DNA of 64,000 bases from ANME-2 cluster archaeon (GCA_019429385.1 JAHYIS010000004.1:7597-71596); one strand, 5' to 3'. Counted from the stretch's first letter, positions 20,042 to 30,153 are shown. The notes: generated by a model from the letters alone, not told the origin. Numbers and translations: made by a program.

Positions 20042-22384
20042 ATGGAGACTGGAGACTCTTTACTATTCCTGGCCATAGTGACAAATGTCATTATACTGGC
20101 CGGTTTGCTACTCAAGGAACTGAAGAATGACGAAACGTTCATGCCCTGGATGACATGGTTATTGAGGGGCGCAACTGCGCTGCTTACCATTGACCTGCTA
20201 TTGTTGACCAGCTACTTCGTGAACTCGAATTTCAGGTATATATATGTCTGGCAGTACAGCAGCCTGGACCTTTCCCTGTTCTATAAGATATCTGCAGTGC
20301 TGGCAGGACAGTCGGGCACGTTGCTCTTCTGGGTGTGGGTCATAGTTGTCTCTGCGTTCTGGCTCAGTGAAAAACACGGCTGGGACACACCGCTCATTCG
20401 CAGGACCCAGCTGGTTACCCTGCTGGTTGGGCTGTATCTGATGATAATGACCTTCAAGATATCTCCCTTCGAGACTATCTTTGTCTCAAACCCATCTCTC
20501 CCTCCGAATTTCATGCCTGATGACGGTTCCGGGCTGAACACCCTGCTCATCACTCCCTGGATGGCGATCCATCCTCCAACCCTGTTCATAGGGTATGGCC
20601 TGATGACCATCCCCTTCGCTGCTGCAATGGTCTATCTGTTCACCGGCGAGAAGGGCTGGGAACCCATTGCACGGCAATGGGGCAGGCTCACCTGGTTGTT
20701 CCTTACCTGGGGTATTGCGCTGGGTGGATTGTGGGCATACCTTATACTGGGATGGGGCGGCTTCTGGGCATGGGACCCGGTCGAGACATCCTCCTTCATA
20801 CCCTGGCTGGTACTGACAGGCTTTTTACATGCCATCTCGCAGCACAGGAAGAATGAAATGAATTTCCAGTTGGCTGCACCCTTATTTGCAGCATTTTCCT
20901 TTGCAACTATCATATATGCGGCACTGGTGACACGCAGCGGACTGTTCAATTCGGTACATGCTTTCGGTGAGTCTGATACCGGCACATACCTGCTGGTGCT
21001 GACCCTGATTTCAGTGGTGGTTCCTACGGTCGCAGTAGTGTTGAAATACCTCAAAACAGATCAGCAGGAGCCGCACGGCCCTGATATGAGCTTTAAGGAG
21101 ATCGTGCTGGATGTGTTCGAGAAGCAGAACCTGTTCCTTATCACATTGATATTGTTCGGGTTATTGACCCTGGTATCTGTGTGGGGTATCACGTTCCCGG
21201 TCATACAGCAACTCCTGGCAAGCGAAAAGGTAGCAATGGCGCCCCAGGCTGTGGATTTCTTTAATGTGAATTCCTATCCAGCAGTGATAGTGATGCTCCT
21301 GGTGGCAGGGTATTGCCTGCAGTACACCAAAGGCAAAAAGACCGAGTCATTGAAAACACTGGGCGTTGTCGTGGTATTGACGGTTCTGGTTTCGTTCTAT
21401 AAAATGAAGAATTTCCATGTACTGGACCATACCACACCGTTCTACCAGTCCCAGCCGCCGCTGTATCGGTTCCTGGGCGAGATATCAGTATTGTCCATAA
21501 TCCCACCCCTGGGATACATGCTCTATGCGATTTTGCAGACGTTCTCTGACGATGTAAAGAAGTACCATGACAAGAGAAGGATATTGATACGCCGTTCAGG
21601 TATGCTGCTCATCCATCTGGGCGTGGTGTTCATTCTGTTCGGCACGCCTATCAGCGTGTCTTTTGGAAGTACTGCCAGCCCTACCCTCAGTCAAAACCAG
21701 CTGGGTTCACAGGTAGATGTGGGGAACGGGTACAGCCTGATGCTTAATGATGTAAAGACTGCGGCTCCTGTGGGTTCGTATCCCGGGACTCCTATCCGGA
21801 GCATACTGGCAAACCCGCAATCCTATTCAGGCACAACTGTGGAGGTCAGCGGCAAGGTGGTGGAAAAATATGACAGCGGCAGGTATTCTTATCTCACGAT
21901 CGATGACGACACCGGACAGATGCAGATTGCCACGGACCCGGTGGAGATAAACAATGGTGAAGAGATAACTGCCACAGGTCTGATGATGGTCGACTTTGTA
22001 AGCCAGTCTACAGGTGAGGTATACCCTGCAATCCTGTTCTCCAATGATGCCCGCTACCTGACCGTCTCAGGAGGTCTTAACACCCAGCAGGTCTACCTGA
22101 CTGTTTTCAAGAACGGAAGGGAAGTAGGTGACGGATATGCCGAGTACGTGACCGGTCCCAAGGGCAGTGCCACGCATCCAATGGTTGTGCGAAAGCTGAC
22201 AAAGGATATTTACATCCTGTTCCAGGGGAAGAGTGAATCCGGTAGTATTCCCCTTACGTTCAAGCTGATACCTATGGTCAATGAGGTATGGCTGGGGATT
22301 GTGTTCTTCTCGGTCGGGATCAGCATGATAATGGTCTATAATCCCAATCCCGGAACAAGGAAAAAGGGACACAAAAAGGTTTGA
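20042..22384 (+). CDS. ccmF: Cytochrome c heme lyase CcmF
   Basis: GQSGTLLFW, IHPP, WGGFWAWDPVETSS (WWD domain), TRSG...SVHAF, HLG. Confidence 0.92.
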   Translation: METGDSLLFLAIVTNVIILAGLLLKELKNDETFMPWMTWLLRGATALLTIDLLLLTSYFVNSNFRYIYVWQYSSLDLSLFYKISAVLAGQSGTLLFWVWVIVVSAFWLSEKHGWDTPLIRRTQLVTLLVGLYLMIMTFKISPFETIFVSNPSLPPNFMPDDGSGLNTLLITPWMAIHPPTLFIGYGLMTIPFAAAMVYLFTGEKGWEPIARQWGRLTWLFLTWGIALGGLWAYLILGWGGFWAWDPVETSSFIPWLVLTGFLHAISQHRKNEMNFQLAAPLFAAFSFATIIYAALVTRSGLFNSVHAFGESDTGTYLLVLTLISVVVPTVAVVLKYLKTDQQEPHGPDMSFKEIVLDVFEKQNLFLITLILFGLLTLVSVWGITFPVIQQLLASEKVAMAPQAVDFFNVNSYPAVIVMLLVAGYCLQYTKGKKTESLKTLGVVVVLTVLVSFYKMKNFHVLDHTTPFYQSQPPLYRFLGEISVLSIIPPLGYMLYAILQTFSDDVKKYHDKRRILIRRSGMLLIHLGVVFILFGTPISVSFGSTASPTLSQNQLGSQVDVGNGYSLMLNDVKTAAPVGSYPGTPIRSILANPQSYSGTTVEVSGKVVEKYDSGRYSYLTIDDDTGQMQIATDPVEINNGEEITATGLMMVDFVSQSTGEVYPAILFSNDARYLTVSGGLNTQQVYLTVFKNGREVGDGYAEYVTGPKGSATHPMVVRKLTKDIYILFQGKSESGSIPLTFKLIPMVNEVWLGIVFFSVGISMIMVYNPNPGTRKKGHKKV

Positions 22385-22400
22385 GGGGGATGTCCCCCTC
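22383..22400 (+). terminator. Hairpin at the end of ccmF
   Basis: GAGGGGG-atgt-CCCCCTC followed by a short T-rich stretch. Confidence 0.5.
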
Positions 22401-22570
22401 TGGTATTTTAATCCCCTGGTCCTTGTTGAGATTACGTGGGGGTAAGCTGGTGAATTATTGAAATTGATATTTTGAGACGGATGTGGTTATTATAATTATT
22501 AATCATATCAATTCGGAATGTATATGTATGATTAATAGCTATACATTCTATGCGTAGTGGGGAGATATCA

Positions 22571-22781
22571 GATGGAAGAACTTGAAGGCAATACAATTTC
22601 AATCGGCGATAGGGTAAAAGTGCTCTGGAACTTTGATAACAGGATGCACATGGGTAAAATTATTGGCATTAAGAATAATGTTGTCACTATCGCATCAAAT
22701 GAGGTGCCTGAGGAGGGGTTTCTTGTACCTCCCAAGATAACCATAAGTGACCATTCAAAAATATTTAAATTGCCTGAATAA
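22571..22781 (+). CDS. Small hypothetical protein (SH3/KOW-like barrel suspected)
   Basis: ISIGDRVKVLW...GKIIGI; GGAG RBS before ATG 22571. Confidence 0.6.
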
Positions 22782-22820
22782 CTGGATACAATTTTCGAAA
22801 ACGAATTCGTGGACTATGAA

Positions 22821-23312
22821 TCAATCGACACGCAGCAACCTCAATCCATACAACAAAAACCCTGGGATGAATAAAATACTACAAAAGATATAAATATCAA
22901 TTCCAGACAAAATGCCATTATTAAGAAAAGGATTGAGATCAGATGGATAAAAAGGCTTGATATCAGAATATAACGTAGAATCAAATAGTATATGCAGATA
23001 TATTCCAAAAAAAGATGCAAACAGGATGCTTCTTAATGATAGATCCTGCGAAACTTTGAAGGTTCGAGCCGGAACCTGGACAAATCTATTTAATTTGATC
23101 ATACAAAATGCAAGACCAATGGCAACAAGAGAACCACCGGCAAAAGAATGGAAAAAACCATGAAGCGGATAGTTAAGACCCAGTAACAGGATGAAAAAAG
23201 GTTCCGGGTCAACAACGATGTTTGCCATTATGAACGTGGGGAAGTGAATATACCTGATCAACAATAAACCGAAAAAAAGCGCCGGGGCAAGATGGAAGGG
23301 TGTAAGTGGCAT
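22821..23312 (-). CDS. Membrane metal-dependent hydrolase-like protein
   Basis: MPLTPFH, VDPEP, LHGFFHS, LHILFDS. Confidence 0.75.
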   Translation of the reverse strand: MPLTPFHLAPALFFGLLLIRYIHFPTFIMANIVVDPEPFFILLLGLNYPLHGFFHSFAGGSLVAIGLAFCMIKLNRFVQVPARTFKVSQDLSLRSILFASFFGIYLHILFDSTLYSDIKPFYPSDLNPFLNNGILSGIDIYIFCSILFIPGFLLYGLRLLRVD

Positions 23313-23591
23313 AATCCTGTCTTTATACGTCCCATCATGACATTAATTTTCCGTACTTGCTCAATAAAGCCGCCATGCTCACTATCTTCGTGCCCGGTTT
23401 TTTGCCAGGAAAAAACATAGCCCTATTCTAACCATCCCATTGACCGCTACAACAGACACCTCCTATCCCAATCCCCATCAGTTAAACTAATGAGGATAAA
23501 ACCCCTATAAAGATACAAGTAAAACCACACCAAAGCGTGGTCAATTACCAATATCAACTGAGTTACCAACACTACTATTACAGGGAAGACC

Positions 23592-24191
23592 ATGGCAGAA
23601 CTTGACGAACTGGACATAAAAATACTCACTCTTCTCCAGGAGGAGGGAAGGCAGTCTTTCAGGGAGGTCGCCAAAAAAACCCACACCAGTGTACCCACCA
23701 TTGGCAGCCGCGTCGAGCGCATGCAGCAGCTGGGCATCATCAGGAGATTCACTATTGATATCGACCAGGAAAAGATCGAAGGGTATCAAAGCGCAGTGCT
23801 GATCATTGATGTCAAGCCATCAGAGTCACAGGCTATCGTTTCCAGGTTATCCGAAATGGATGAGGTCGTGGAGATTTCCGTATCGTCTGACTCGGATTTC
23901 GGCATCATAGCAAAGGTCGTGGGAAGCGCTGACGATGTGATGCGCATCCAGAACTCACTTACCGAACCCGGCATCAATAAAGCGCGGGCCATACTTATCA
24001 GGGATGTCATTAAAAAAGATGCCACGAACATGGCAGCTTCATTGATCAAGATGTCCTGTTCCTACTGCAGCAAGGAGATGGCAGAAGGGGCTGTAAAGAG
24101 CAAGATCGATGACAAGAACTATTATTTCTGCTGTAACACCTGTAAATCCGCGTTTATGGATAAATACCAGGGGTTCAAGAAAAAATCCTGA
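23592..24191 (+). CDS. Lrp/AsnC family regulator with C-terminal TRASH metal-binding domain
   Basis: LDELDIKIL..LQEEGR HTH; CSYC...YYFCCNTC. Confidence 0.9.
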   Translation: MAELDELDIKILTLLQEEGRQSFREVAKKTHTSVPTIGSRVERMQQLGIIRRFTIDIDQEKIEGYQSAVLIIDVKPSESQAIVSRLSEMDEVVEISVSSDSDFGIIAKVVGSADDVMRIQNSLTEPGINKARAILIRDVIKKDATNMAASLIKMSCSYCSKEMAEGAVKSKIDDKNYYFCCNTCKSAFMDKYQGFKKKS

Positions 24192-24240
24192 TTTCGGATA
24201 TGTTGAATGTGCTGTAATGGTACATTCAAAATCCATGTAT

Positions 24241-24627
24241 TCATTCTTCTATTTCTGCTTCATATTTTGACGGGCATTTTACCAGGATGTTGCGGGCATT
24301 GAAAATCCCTTCAACATATTGTCCCTGTACCACGATGGGAAATTCACTGTTAAAACTGTTCGGCAGGCTTCCTATATAATATACATCAAAAGTGCCGGTG
24401 TCATCCGTCATTTTGAACATGAGTTCAGTAGTTTCAGGGACCCAGGATACCGTATTATTTACAACGCTTCCATTCACGCTGATCAACTGTCCTTCATAAT
24501 TCCCATTTTTTACATCGGCTATCTTCATATAACTGGAAATGGAATTTCCCAATCCGGTTATCGTAAGATATCCGATCAGGAGTATAACGGCAGTACCGGC
24601 CATAATGGTCTTATTTTTCCTGTTCAT
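24241..24627 (-). CDS. ccmE: Heme chaperone CcmE (CxxxY variant)
   Basis: TM anchor, V.Y.G.LPNSF, IVVQG, ILVKCPSKY. Confidence 0.92.
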   Translation of the reverse strand: MNRKNKTIMAGTAVILLIGYLTITGLGNSISSYMKIADVKNGNYEGQLISVNGSVVNNTVSWVPETTELMFKMTDDTGTFDVYYIGSLPNSFNSEFPIVVQGQYVEGIFNARNILVKCPSKYEAEIEE

Positions 24628-24633
24628 TATAGA

Positions 24634-24677
24634 TATACATTAGGTGTAAAGTATATTATCTTTACGCTTGATGTAAA
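24634..24677. promoter_or_regulatory. Operator sites 4 and 5 flanking the ccmE TATA box
   Basis: TATACAttaggTGTAAA 24634-24650 and TTTACGcttgaTGTAAA 24661-24677. Confidence 0.7.
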
Positions 24678-24824
24678 ACGCCCTGTTGTAGGAAAATACG
24701 TCTGAATAACAACCTGGCACCTACGTATGAAAAAAGAATGACAATAAATAAAAGCAGAGGATTGGAAATCCCCGCTTAACCCTGAATTTTCAAAAATGTT
24801 CACAATTATTGAATGGAAACAAGC

Positions 24825-24890
24825 TTATGCACATGAAACGTGGCACTTGCAGGTTCCCTTATTGGCTTTCTTCACTTTTCGAATCACCAT
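24825..24890 (-). CDS. Candidate RiPP precursor peptide, 21 aa (MVIRKVKKANKGTCKCHVSCA)
   Basis: ATG..TAA hand-translated; GGTGA RBS just upstream; TATA-like CTTAAAT; downstream hairpin plus T-tract; follows a radical SAM/SPASM gene on the same strand. Confidence 0.75.
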   Translation of the reverse strand: MVIRKVKKANKGTCKCHVSCA

Positions 24891-24969
24891 TAATAATCAC
24901 CACTATAGTTTAGGGAATATTCATTTAAGCATTTTACGGTTTACTAAATGTAAAGTCATTTTTTAATCA

Positions 24970-26190
24970 TCATGCCTGTATGTACTTGTCCGGGTCCACT
25001 CCATTGGCCAGGCACATCAGCGGGTCGGGCGATACCATGCTGCCGCCCCACATTTTTGCCCGGTACCTGCACCCTCCCCGGCAGTCCCTGATACTGGCAC
25101 ATCCGGCACAGTCCAGTTCATCCAGGTCCCATAATTGTTCATCACACAGCCGTTCCCAGGCAGGTAACAACCCCTGTGATATATTGCCCGCAGGTTCACC
25201 GGCAAAGAACCCGCACTTCGCTATATCCCCGTCCGGCATCACCGTACACAGGTGCGACCCGCAGGTATAGTGTCCGGTGCTCTCATGGGCTCCTTCCCCG
25301 AACCCGTATAATGAAAAGATACTGGCTGCCCTGGAGATGTCGGCCATCCATGTTGGATTTTCTGACAGATATCCTGCGTCGCAGGGGAGGTCCACTGACC
25401 ACTGGAGCATATCAAGTGCATTGATGGTCTTTTCAATTTCATCGAACTCATCGAGATTACGGGCATGTATCATGGTAGCTGCCGATACATCTATGCCCTC
25501 GGCTTTCAGGTATCGTACTGCATCCCGGGTCTTCCCGAAGGTCCCCTCGCCCCGCAGCGCATCATGGGACACCGCAGTCCCGTCAATGCTTACCTGTACT
25601 TCATGCACCAGTCCCTGAAGGCGCAGTGCCGTTCCATGGTCAATAAGGGTGCCGTTGCTCAACATCACAATCCTGAGGCCGGATGCTTTCAGGTATTCCA
25701 GGAACTCCCATATGTGGGGATGCAGCAGAGGCTCACCACCCGAGAGCATTATCTTAAGCCCGCCCATTGCTATGAACTCATCCACCATCTGCCTGAAAAT
25801 ATTCATCGTCATATCCTCTCCTCTCATTGCTCCCAGGTAGCAATGTTTGCATTTCAGGTTGCAGCGGGTGGTGGTGTGCACCAGCAGGTAGCGCAGGGAA
25901 GGTATGGGCGATTGTCTGACCTGGAGGTGGCGTGGGGTAGGTCGGTCCCGGAGAACAAAGAGACCTTCTTGTTCCAGGTAATCGAGGAGTTCCAATACCT
26001 CTGGCCTGTTATTTTTTTCCAGGATATCATTCATAGAAGTTGTGCCATCAAATTGCAGCAGGAATTCCAATGCCTCCTGGTCGACCTCATATAGCTGGTC
26101 ACGTGCAGCATCGAAAATGGAGGGTACTTCAAGCAGTTTCAGACTGCAATCTGCTAAAAGTATCGGATATTCGCTGTTACCTGAGTGCAT
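24970..26190 (-). CDS. Radical SAM/SPASM protein with N-terminal RRE/PqqD-like domain (putative peptide maturase)
   Basis: CNLKCKHC, SGGEPLL, SNGTL, VSIDG..HD.LRG; SPASM cysteines CGSHLC..KCG..CAGC..DCRGGCRYRA..DPLMC; ATG 26190 has a GAGG RBS. Confidence 0.9.
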   Translation of the reverse strand: MHSGNSEYPILLADCSLKLLEVPSIFDAARDQLYEVDQEALEFLLQFDGTTSMNDILEKNNRPEVLELLDYLEQEGLFVLRDRPTPRHLQVRQSPIPSLRYLLVHTTTRCNLKCKHCYLGAMRGEDMTMNIFRQMVDEFIAMGGLKIMLSGGEPLLHPHIWEFLEYLKASGLRIVMLSNGTLIDHGTALRLQGLVHEVQVSIDGTAVSHDALRGEGTFGKTRDAVRYLKAEGIDVSAATMIHARNLDEFDEIEKTINALDMLQWSVDLPCDAGYLSENPTWMADISRAASIFSLYGFGEGAHESTGHYTCGSHLCTVMPDGDIAKCGFFAGEPAGNISQGLLPAWERLCDEQLWDLDELDCAGCASIRDCRGGCRYRAKMWGGSMVSPDPLMCLANGVDPDKYIQA

Positions 26191-26404
26191 CCAGTACCTC
26201 TTGCGGGCTGACAACTCTTTTTCTCAACAGGTTCTTAACGATCTTGAATGCAAAGCATTCCAGTATCTTTTCATCGGGTTTGAAGAAATCACAATCATGG
26301 CAAATGAATTTCACCAGTTTGCCATCATCATTGTAGAATTCACTATCGTCAAGGAACTGCTTTTCATGAGCCATTATTTTCAATTGTTCGGTCTTTTCAG
26401 CCAT
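26177..26404 (-). CDS. Small Cys-containing protein overlapping the radical SAM start
   Basis: ICHDCDFF...LEC; overlap suggests translational coupling. Confidence 0.7.
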   Translation of the reverse strand: MAEKTEQLKIMAHEKQFLDDSEFYNDDGKLVKFICHDCDFFKPDEKILECFAFKIVKNLLRKRVVSPQEVLDALR

Positions 26405-26476
26405 ACAGTCTAAAATCAGATACTCTATTATATTGATTTTGCCTTACACTCGTAAAATATTCCTATCAAGGAACGA

Positions 26477-26710
26477 TCAGGAGCCACTTTTATTGAAAAT
26501 AGATATAACTCCAATAATTATCAGTAACAGCCCCAACATCTTAATGATCGTCTGTGCCTTGAACATGAAAAAAGAAGCATCCCTGCTCATTACACCATAC
26601 ATGAACAGTGAAGAGATGAGATTGAAGTAGAAAAACACCACCAGTATGCCAAGCATCGTCATTAGCATTCCGGCGTAGCTTATTAACTGCTGTTTTTTCT
26701 GTTTATCCAT
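26477..26710 (-). CDS. Small 2-TM membrane protein
   Basis: Two hydrophobic helices, purine-rich RBS. Confidence 0.6.
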   Translation of the reverse strand: MDKQKKQQLISYAGMLMTMLGILVVFFYFNLISSLFMYGVMSRDASFFMFKAQTIIKMLGLLLIIIGVISIFNKSGS

Positions 26711-26797
26711 GGTTGTTTCGTTCCTTCCTTTTATTCAGTGTCTTTGATTCTATGGGCATAACTATAATGGACCGGATAGATATATTCTTTGAGGAAA

Positions 26798-27409
26798 ATG
26801 TCAGTAATCACAAAATACAACCGGATTTCATATGTGTATGACCTGATGGAATCCATGGTCGAATTCCTGAAATTTAGAAAATGGCGGCGTATGGTGCTGT
26901 CTGATATCGGCGGCAGGGTACTTGATATGGGAGTGGGTACGGGAAAGAACCTCAACTATTATCCCGGGAACAGCACGGTGATCGGAGTGGATATTAGTCC
27001 GGGTATGCTCGAGCATGCAAAGAAAAAGGCAAAGGATATGGATAATGTCTCGCTTCTGGTGATGGATGGGGAACACCTGGCATTCAAGGATGATAGTTTC
27101 GATAACGTGGTCACTACTTTTGTCTTGTGCTCGGTTCCGGAACCGGTAAATGCTTTACAAGAGTTGCGGCGGGTGTGCAAATTCCAGGGCACCATTACAA
27201 ACCTGGAGCATATGCGAAGCGAACATGTTTTTATTGCATTTCTGGAGGATGTGTTCAATCCTGTTTTCACATTTATCATGGGTGTCAATATCAATCGCAG
27301 GACTGTGGAGAATATCAAAAAAGCCGGGTTGAAGGTTATTGAGGAGCGCAACCTGGGATTGGGGGATGTGTTCAGGCTGGTACGGTCGAAACCAAAAAAA
27401 CAGGTTTAA
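26798..27409 (+). CDS. Class I SAM-dependent methyltransferase
   Basis: VLDMGVGTG, GVDISPGML, FKDDSFD, LCSVPEP; start set at ATG 26798. Confidence 0.9.
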   Translation: MSVITKYNRISYVYDLMESMVEFLKFRKWRRMVLSDIGGRVLDMGVGTGKNLNYYPGNSTVIGVDISPGMLEHAKKKAKDMDNVSLLVMDGEHLAFKDDSFDNVVTTFVLCSVPEPVNALQELRRVCKFQGTITNLEHMRSEHVFIAFLEDVFNPVFTFIMGVNINRRTVENIKKAGLKVIEERNLGLGDVFRLVRSKPKKQV

Positions 27410-27548
27410 ACCTAATAGTATCAAATATCAACAGACCACGTGTCTCAGTACTCATAGGGTTCTTCATCAGTTCAGTAAGGTTTTATCATCATTGACACAT
27501 GGTTCTGCAGAATACTTGTTAAACGCTTTTTTAACACTTATAGAATGC

Positions 27549-28199
27549 TTACAGCACAGATACTATCTCATCTGCGATTTGCCTTGCGGCCACCTCCGGA
27601 TCATCGGACTGGTAAATGCTCCTGCCCACTATCACATAATCGGCCCCTGCCCTGATAGTATCACCGGCACTGCCGCCCTGCGCACCGACACCCGGCGATA
27701 TGATAGTAAGGTTGCCCACGATATCTCGTATCTGCTTCACCCGTTCAGGCCGCGTGGCAGGTGCCACCACACCCGTGACACCGCAATCAACAGCCATACG
27801 TGCCATATCCCCGGCAGGAGCAGTCATGAAATCAGCCGCACCCGGATGGCTCATCTCTGTTACCACAAACAGGCCCCTGTTCCATTTTCCGGCCTCGGAC
27901 ACGCATGCCTCAAGACTATCCCGGCCGGTAAAAGCGTGAACTATCACAGCTGCAGCCCCTGCCCGATATGCCTGCTGCAATATCAGGCGGTCGGTATTGG
28001 GAATGTCAGCCACCTTGAAGTCGGCAATTACCGGAGCGAACCGGGCCAGGTCACTGATGATATCCACGCCTGCTGCCAAGACCAGCGGGTACCCCACCTT
28101 CACTGCATCCAGGCAGGCGGCGGTTTTTTCTGTAATGGCAATAGCGGCATCCCTGTCAGTCACATCCATAGCAAGTATCAGTCGTGTATCTTTTTTCAT
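27549..28199 (-). CDS. pyrF: Orotidine 5'-phosphate decarboxylase
   Basis: [40 protein letters not shown]. Confidence 0.97.
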   Translation of the reverse strand: MKKDTRLILAMDVTDRDAAIAITEKTAACLDAVKVGYPLVLAAGVDIISDLARFAPVIADFKVADIPNTDRLILQQAYRAGAAAVIVHAFTGRDSLEACVSEAGKWNRGLFVVTEMSHPGAADFMTAPAGDMARMAVDCGVTGVVAPATRPERVKQIRDIVGNLTIISPGVGAQGGSAGDTIRAGADYVIVGRSIYQSDDPEVAARQIADEIVSVL

Positions 28200-29182
28200 G
28201 GAATACCCCTTCCTTTTTCTCCAAGCCTGCTCCTGGCAGCGGCCACCATAATGGGCAGAGTAATAGTGGCATCGCCGTACACGGTCATGGCTTTTGCATT
28301 CTCTCCAACTTTGCCCCAGGACTGCGCCTCGTCCAGGGTGGCACCGCTCAGTCCCCCGGGGTCAGGCCGGTCCGTGGTCAGCTGGATAGCATAATCAAAA
28401 TCCCTGGGAGTGACCAGCATGCTTTGCAGGATATAGTTCTTAGGCACGCCGCCACCTATCAGCAATGCACCGGCCCGCTTTGCATTATAGCATATATCTA
28501 TGAACTCACGCATATCTGCAAAGGCGTCTACCACCAGTTTTCCGGTCTGCCTGAACAGCCAGGCCTGCAGACCCACGATAGAGTCCTGGATGGCCGGACA
28601 ATAGATGGGAATTTCAGCGTTGCAGGCGCATTTCAAGAGGGAATTTTTATCTTCCAGCTTGCTCCCTATGTGGGTAAGAAGTTCCCTTATCGAAATGGTC
28701 TGCCCTTCCAGTTCTGAGTATGTTGTCTGCAGGAACTCCTCAACATTCGTGAAATGCTCCTCCGGCAGGAACACGTCATATATCCTGTTCACCCGGTCAT
28801 GTTTCAACTGGATATCATCCACAAGGTCTGACCCCTTGAAGTGGTGGAGTCCCAGGCTTTCGATAATGTCATGCACCAGGTTTGCACCGGTGGTCACCAG
28901 CACGTCGATATGACCATCCCTTATCAGGCTGCTGACGATAGTGCGCATACCTGCGGGTACCATGGCCCCGGCAAGGCCGAAGAATTTCGTGCATTCATTA
29001 TCCTCAAGCATAACCGTGTAGATATCCACTGCTCCTGCCAGCCGGCCCGCACCGAAGGCGCAGCCGCTCAGCTGGTTGACCAGTTCATCCACGGACATGT
29101 CAGATGTTATATATGCGTGATTGATGGGGTGTTCAAGCCTGCTGTTGTGGATTGGAACGCTGAGTTTTTCTTCATGTTTCAT
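28196..29182 (-). CDS. dys: Deoxyhypusine synthase
   Basis: [51 protein letters not shown]. Confidence 0.95.
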   Translation of the reverse strand: MKHEEKLSVPIHNSRLEHPINHAYITSDMSVDELVNQLSGCAFGAGRLAGAVDIYTVMLEDNECTKFFGLAGAMVPAGMRTIVSSLIRDGHIDVLVTTGANLVHDIIESLGLHHFKGSDLVDDIQLKHDRVNRIYDVFLPEEHFTNVEEFLQTTYSELEGQTISIRELLTHIGSKLEDKNSLLKCACNAEIPIYCPAIQDSIVGLQAWLFRQTGKLVVDAFADMREFIDICYNAKRAGALLIGGGVPKNYILQSMLVTPRDFDYAIQLTTDRPDPGGLSGATLDEAQSWGKVGENAKAMTVYGDATITLPIMVAAARSRLGEKGRGIP

Positions 29183-29220
29183 AATTGTTAAAAAAATTAA
29201 ACACTATTTTATAATTTATT

Positions 29221-30153
29221 TTAAATATGTCTTCGAACTGCATTTATAATCAGGTCTTTGTCATTTCTTATCCCGTTGACCAATATCATTTTATGAAGAA
29301 TTCCATAATTATCATCCTCGACTTTCCCAATAAGTTCAAACCCTATTTGTTTGTACATATTAATTAATCCTGGTCGGTCAAAAGCATATGCATAGATGAA
29401 ATCAAATTCATGGTGAAACATATACATACATATTAATTTTAATAAAGTACTTGCGTATTTGTTACCTTTTTTTGTATTTGACGTTGCGATTATATCAAGA
29501 AAAAGGCCAGTATGACTATTAATGCCTTTTTCATAGAATTGGATAATAGAACAGATATCGGCTTTATCTTCTACAAGGTAAATCTTTGCATCAGTATGCT
29601 GCTGGTTCTTGAAAAAATCAGATAAGGAAATCTTATCAATACGGAAATCTCCACATTTGAATGACTTACTGCAATCTTCGTACAGTATTTTTCTTACAAT
29701 ACCTCGGGGGTAGGTCCTGATTGGATAATCGCTCCAGGGGAAATATACTCTGGTATCTTCTTCTGTCTCAAAAACGAAAATATTCGGAACAATCATTGAA
29801 TTTTGTCTCATCAGTAATGATAATATCTTTATCTCAGCTGCACCAAGGCTAAGCAGTTTATTTACCACTTTTAAGACAGTTTTTCCGGAAATCACCGTGT
29901 CTTCACATATTAGTATATTCTTATCTCGAATGTCAGATAAGTTAGAATCAGGTATCGATACAGAACCGTTATTAATACTACAAGAAATTATTTTTTCAAA
30001 TGTACCAATATTGTTGATTCTTTCAGCAACATGCATTCCACCAGTGTTTATTCCTAAAAGAATGTATGAATCAAAACCCTCTTTTTTTATTTTTTTATAA
30101 GCCTGCTGCAAGCTATTTTCTACATTGTTTTCATCAAAAAAAATCTCTCTCAC
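29221..30153 (-). CDS. Phosphoribosyltransferase-GNAT fusion protein
   Basis: N-terminal LGINTGG...ILICEDTVISGKT...YFPW; C-terminal LDIIAT...KKGNKYASTLL...MYKQIGF; visibly AT-rich. Confidence 0.7.
   Translation of the reverse strand: MREIFFDENNVENSLQQAYKKIKKEGFDSYILLGINTGGMHVAERINNIGTFEKIISCSINNGSVSIPDSNLSDIRDKNILICEDTVISGKTVLKVVNKLLSLGAAEIKILSLLMRQNSMIVPNIFVFETEEDTRVYFPWSDYPIRTYPRGIVRKILYEDCSKSFKCGDFRIDKISLSDFFKNQQHTDAKIYLVEDKADICSIIQFYEKGINSHTGLFLDIIATSNTKKGNKYASTLLKLICMYMFHHEFDFIYAYAFDRPGLINMYKQIGFELIGKVEDDNYGILHKMILVNGIRNDKDLIINAVRRHI

Noticed and set aside
24940..24954. Sixth BlaI-type operator upstream of the peptide gene (TTTAC-taaat-GTAAA)
   Set aside because: Half-site spacing is 2 bp shorter than in the five consistent sites; may be chance in AT-rich DNA.
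27339..28394. 351-aa plus-strand ORF
   Set aside because: Antisense shadow of pyrF and dys with no motifs. The same applies to other long antisense ORFs such as 4130-4774, 25465-26094, 39765-40487 and 49176-49868.
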